Shown: positions 61,275 through 64,000 of the stretch, piece by piece
How the letters are laid out: every line of letters begins with the position of its first letter
How positions within the stretch are numbered: position 1 is the stretch's first letter
Source of the DNA: Flectonema sp. DT1601
Taxonomy: Eukaryota
Assembly: GCA_964019425.1 (NCBI GenBank)
Contig: OZ025791.1
Span: 1,426,001 to 1,490,000 of the forward strand
Reading direction: 5' to 3'
Length of the DNA: 64,000 nt
Notes under the pieces: model-generated
Seen by the model: the letters and a program-made list of their open reading frames with translations, nothing else
The model's database searches: none
Told to the model about the DNA's origin: nothing
Position numbers and translations under genes: made by a program

Positions 61275-64000
61275 CTGTTTCCTTATAATTTATATCTTTT
61301 TTATTTCTCGAACCTTCTTTTGTGTGGAGACATCCACCCGAACCCCGGTCCACAAAAAAAGCAAAAAAACAGTGAGCTGAGAATTGTATCTTTTAATGTT
61401 TGTGGTCTCAAGTCGAAATCCGACGAAATAACTTTTTTTTTACAAAATATAAAACCTGACCTATTCATGGTTCAGGAAACATTGTTAAAGGATAACGACG
61501 AAACCATTAATTTTAATGGGTACAAGTGTCTCAGAAGAGACCGGAGAATTCCGGTAAAAAAAAACGCACCCGTCAGAGGTGGTGGATTGGCAATTTTTTA
61601 CAAAAACAGCCTAAGCGTGACAGCATTCGCTGTTGCACAACACAGCCAAGACTGCACTGAAGTCCAGGGCATTTTTGTGTCAAATTCAAAACAAACTGTA
61701 AGGGTATACAACGTGTACAGACCACCGGTAAGCCAATCAACCTCTGATAGGTCCCCCTCTTTTGATATGAATAGTATTTTTCTTTTTAATAAAAATGATA
61801 AAGTAGTTATCGCGGGGGATCTTAACGCAAGGCATCCACTCTGGGACCCGAGAGACGAGTCAAACACAAATGGCCATGAAGTCTCGACTTTTCTAAACAA
61901 TAACCAGTTTGAATGCTGCAACGTTAAGGAAATCCCCACAAGACCAAAATCAAACACTTCTCCTGATGTTGTTCTCCAAAAAAACTGTGATATTGGCAAC
62001 TGGACGACGCTCGAATCTCTATCAAGCGATCATGTACCAATGTATTTTTCTCTTTCTTTTTTTTCGGATTCGATAAACAGAGCGAACGGTGCAACGGTTT
62101 TTTCTTATAATTGGAACAGGGCACTGTGGCCAAACTACAGCTCCCACCTCGAAAGGGTGGCGAAGCGACTTGAAAAGATTCAAGATAACCAGAAATTATC
62201 AATGGAATTCATAAAAGAATTAAAAAATGCGTTACGGATCTTTGTACCAAGGATTTATTTGAAAGGAAAGTCACCAAAGAAGTGGTGGAACACGACGGTT
62301 GCATCTAAGTTTCATGAGTTCAACGAGTCACATTGTGACCAACGGGATGATCTTACAGATCTGTCGCAACAGGGAAAGTCAATTTTTACATCTTTAAAAA
62401 AAGAACTCAAAAAAACAGTCGTTGATGCCAAGAATCAACAGTTTAAAAAAAGCCTTAAAAAAGACAAGTCTATTATTGAAGCTTTTGAAGACATAAGAGG
62501 CCTTGATGGAAGATCAAGACTTAAAGAAATTCGAGAAATCACCTGTGGTGATAAACTTGTTACAGATGATGTGGAAAAAGCATCAATTTTCAATAATCAA
62601 TTTTTACAACGTGTTGGTAACATCAAAGAAAAAACAAAGACAAAGAAAATAGAAACAGACCCTTCTGATTTTACACCATTTACACAACATGAACTTAGAA
62701 TCCAATTGAGAGGAATGGCTCTGGAAAAGAATTCACCAGATGGCGTTCAAGGTATTCTTCTTAACCATTTGGGACCTAGAATGCTAAACATTTTACTTAA
62801 GATTTTTAACAATTCGTGGAAACATTCTGTTGTCCCGAGTGATTGGAAAGACACACACTGGATCCCTGTTTTAAAAAAAGGAAAACCCCCAAACCTCCCC
62901 TCTTCATATAGAATGATCTCTCTCACCCCTTTTATTGCGAAATTGATGGAAAGAATGGTGAAGGAACGTCTTACGTATTTTATGCAATCACCGAATGAAA
63001 AGAAAACTGACGGTATTGGTTTCAACCAAACTTCTTATCGGAAAACGCGTTCTTGCCGGGAAAACATCCTATATGTTACGGACAGACTTAGATTTCTTAA
63101 ACACCAAAAAAAGTCAGCGGCCCTTGTTCTTCTTGATATCGAAAAAGCTTTTGATAGTGTGAACCATGATCTTCTCCTTCAAAGGATGGTAGATCTTGGA
63201 ATACCAAAACATTTTATAGCCTGGATTCAGGCCTTTCTTAAAAAACGAAGAGCAGCGGTTGTTGTTAATAATGAAAAAGGTTCTTACCACAATGTTTATT
63301 CTGGCGTTCCACAAGGAACAGTTTTGTCGGCTCTACTTTTTACTCTGTATATTGAAAAAGTCGCAGAAAGACTAGATATTACGGTTGCTAAGTATGCGGA
63401 TGATATTGCTTTTGTAGTTGATGATGAAGGGAAAGGTTTTACTTATCATTTGGCAAAAACGAAATATTTCTTTAATGAGATTGAAAAGGATCTAAACGAA
63501 TTAAAATTAAAAGTAAGTTATGAGCCTGACAAAACAAAACTTGTGTATTATCCCTACTCCCCAAATTCCCCACTACAAACACCTTTCACTTTTACTTCAA
63601 ATTTAACAAAAAATATTGTTCCATGTGTTGATAGCGCCAAGCTTCTTGGGGTGATCCTTGATAACAAGCTCGATTGGAAACAGCATATCTCGTATATTTG
63701 TAGAAGAGTTAATCTTCGCTTAAGGTATCTGAAGCTTGTCGCATCAAAAGCATGGGGACAGTGTACTGCAACTTTGCGTGAGGTGTATGATTTGTATATT
63801 CGACCTGTCATAACAAACTCGTGTGAAGCTTTTTATCCTGAAGTTAGGTATAAAAAGATTCACATGGACAGGCTTCTCTCTTTACACCTTAGGGGTGCGT
63901 GCTATGTCTTAGGTGCCTTACCACCAACAAGGGAAACAAGAGATAAGATCTTTTTTGAGGCACAACAACAAAGTATCAACACCCATTTGAGACTTGAAAC
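61275..64000 (+). CDS. LINE ORF2: 2A-like peptide + APE endonuclease + reverse transcriptase (3'-truncated by window; absent from the ORF track)
   Basis: APE motifs SFNVCGL, MVQET, RGGGLA, NVYRPP, AGDLNARHPLW, SPDV and SDHVP. RT motifs SYRMISLT, LLDIEKAFDSVNH, GVPQGTVLS, KYADDI and KLLGVILD. All lie in the same frame as ORF1. Confidence 0.9.
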   Translation, partial: MFPYNLYLFYFSNLLLCGDIHPNPGPQKKQKNSELRIVSFNVCGLKSKSDEITFFLQNIKPDLFMVQETLLKDNDETINFNGYKCLRRDRRIPVKKNAPVRGGGLAIFYKNSLSVTAFAVAQHSQDCTEVQGIFVSNSKQTVRVYNVYRPPVSQSTSDRSPSFDMNSIFLFNKNDKVVIAGDLNARHPLWDPRDESNTNGHEVSTFLNNNQFECCNVKEIPTRPKSNTSPDVVLQKNCDIGNWTTLESLSSDHVPMYFSLSFFSDSINRANGATVFSYNWNRALWPNYSSHLERVAKRLEKIQDNQKLSMEFIKELKNALRIFVPRIYLKGKSPKKWWNTTVASKFHEFNESHCDQRDDLTDLSQQGKSIFTSLKKELKKTVVDAKNQQFKKSLKKDKSIIEAFEDIRGLDGRSRLKEIREITCGDKLVTDDVEKASIFNNQFLQRVGNIKEKTKTKKIETDPSDFTPFTQHELRIQLRGMALEKNSPDGVQGILLNHLGPRMLNILLKIFNNSWKHSVVPSDWKDTHWIPVLKKGKPPNLPSSYRMISLTPFIAKLMERMVKERLTYFMQSPNEKKTDGIGFNQTSYRKTRSCRENILYVTDRLRFLKHQKKSAALVLLDIEKAFDSVNHDLLLQRMVDLGIPKHFIAWIQAFLKKRRAAVVVNNEKGSYHNVYSGVPQGTVLSALLFTLYIEKVAERLDITVAKYADDIAFVVDDEGKGFTYHLAKTKYFFNEIEKDLNELKLKVSYEPDKTKLVYYPYSPNSPLQTPFTFTSNLTKNIVPCVDSAKLLGVILDNKLDWKQHISYICRRVNLRLRYLKLVASKAWGQCTATLREVYDLYIRPVITNSCEAFYPEVRYKKIHMDRLLSLHLRGACYVLGALPPTRETRDKIFFEAQQQSINTHLRLE
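61311..61352 (+). other. 2A-like (StopGo) motif NLLLCGDIHPNPG-P
   Basis: aac ctt ctt ttg tgt gga gac atc cac ccg aac ccc ggt cca, against the consensus D(V/I)ExNPG|P (His at the Glu position). Confidence 0.75.

Larger units (their letters stand above)
59837..64000 (+). mobile_element. Non-LTR retrotransposon (APE-RT LINE, I/Ingi-group-like), apparently intact, running off the window end
   Basis: SL relic, short 5' UTR, ORF1 and an APE-RT ORF2 whose motifs all fall in one frame. Confidence 0.9.

Overview
Eukaryotic nuclear DNA, most likely from a diplonemid (Euglenozoa). Three things point there: all recognisable host genes lie on the + strand like a polycistronic cluster, they carry short GT-AG introns, and 59837-59878 matches the 3' part of the euglenozoan spliced leader (SL) as I recall it. 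Bases 1-55 kb hold about 17 host genes: DNA-PKcs (5' end outside the window), a PX + HSP20-like fusion, an MgtE-type transporter, a DnaJ protein, a GAD/CSAD-type decarboxylase, a NELF-C/D-like protein, an SGNH/PC-esterase, an ankyrin protein, a MORN-VPS9 protein, a ~2640-aa laminin-EGF surface protein, an amino-acid permease, a ubiquitin-like + LRR protein and several hypothetical proteins. Bases 55.5-64 kb are rich in mobile elements: a Penelope-like RT fragment fused to an OTU protease and Zn fingers, a MULE transposase relic, a tRNA-Lys(UUU) gene and an apparently intact APE-type LINE. The LINE is the most striking feature. It sits head-to-head about 20 bp from the tRNA. It begins with two nested SL relics, which implies repeated cycles of trans-splicing and retrotransposition. 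Its ORF2 has no AUG before the endonuclease, continues in ORF1's frame after a single UGA-CUG, and starts with a 2A-like motif (GDIHPNPGP). All domain calls are by-eye motif recognition; no database searches were run.
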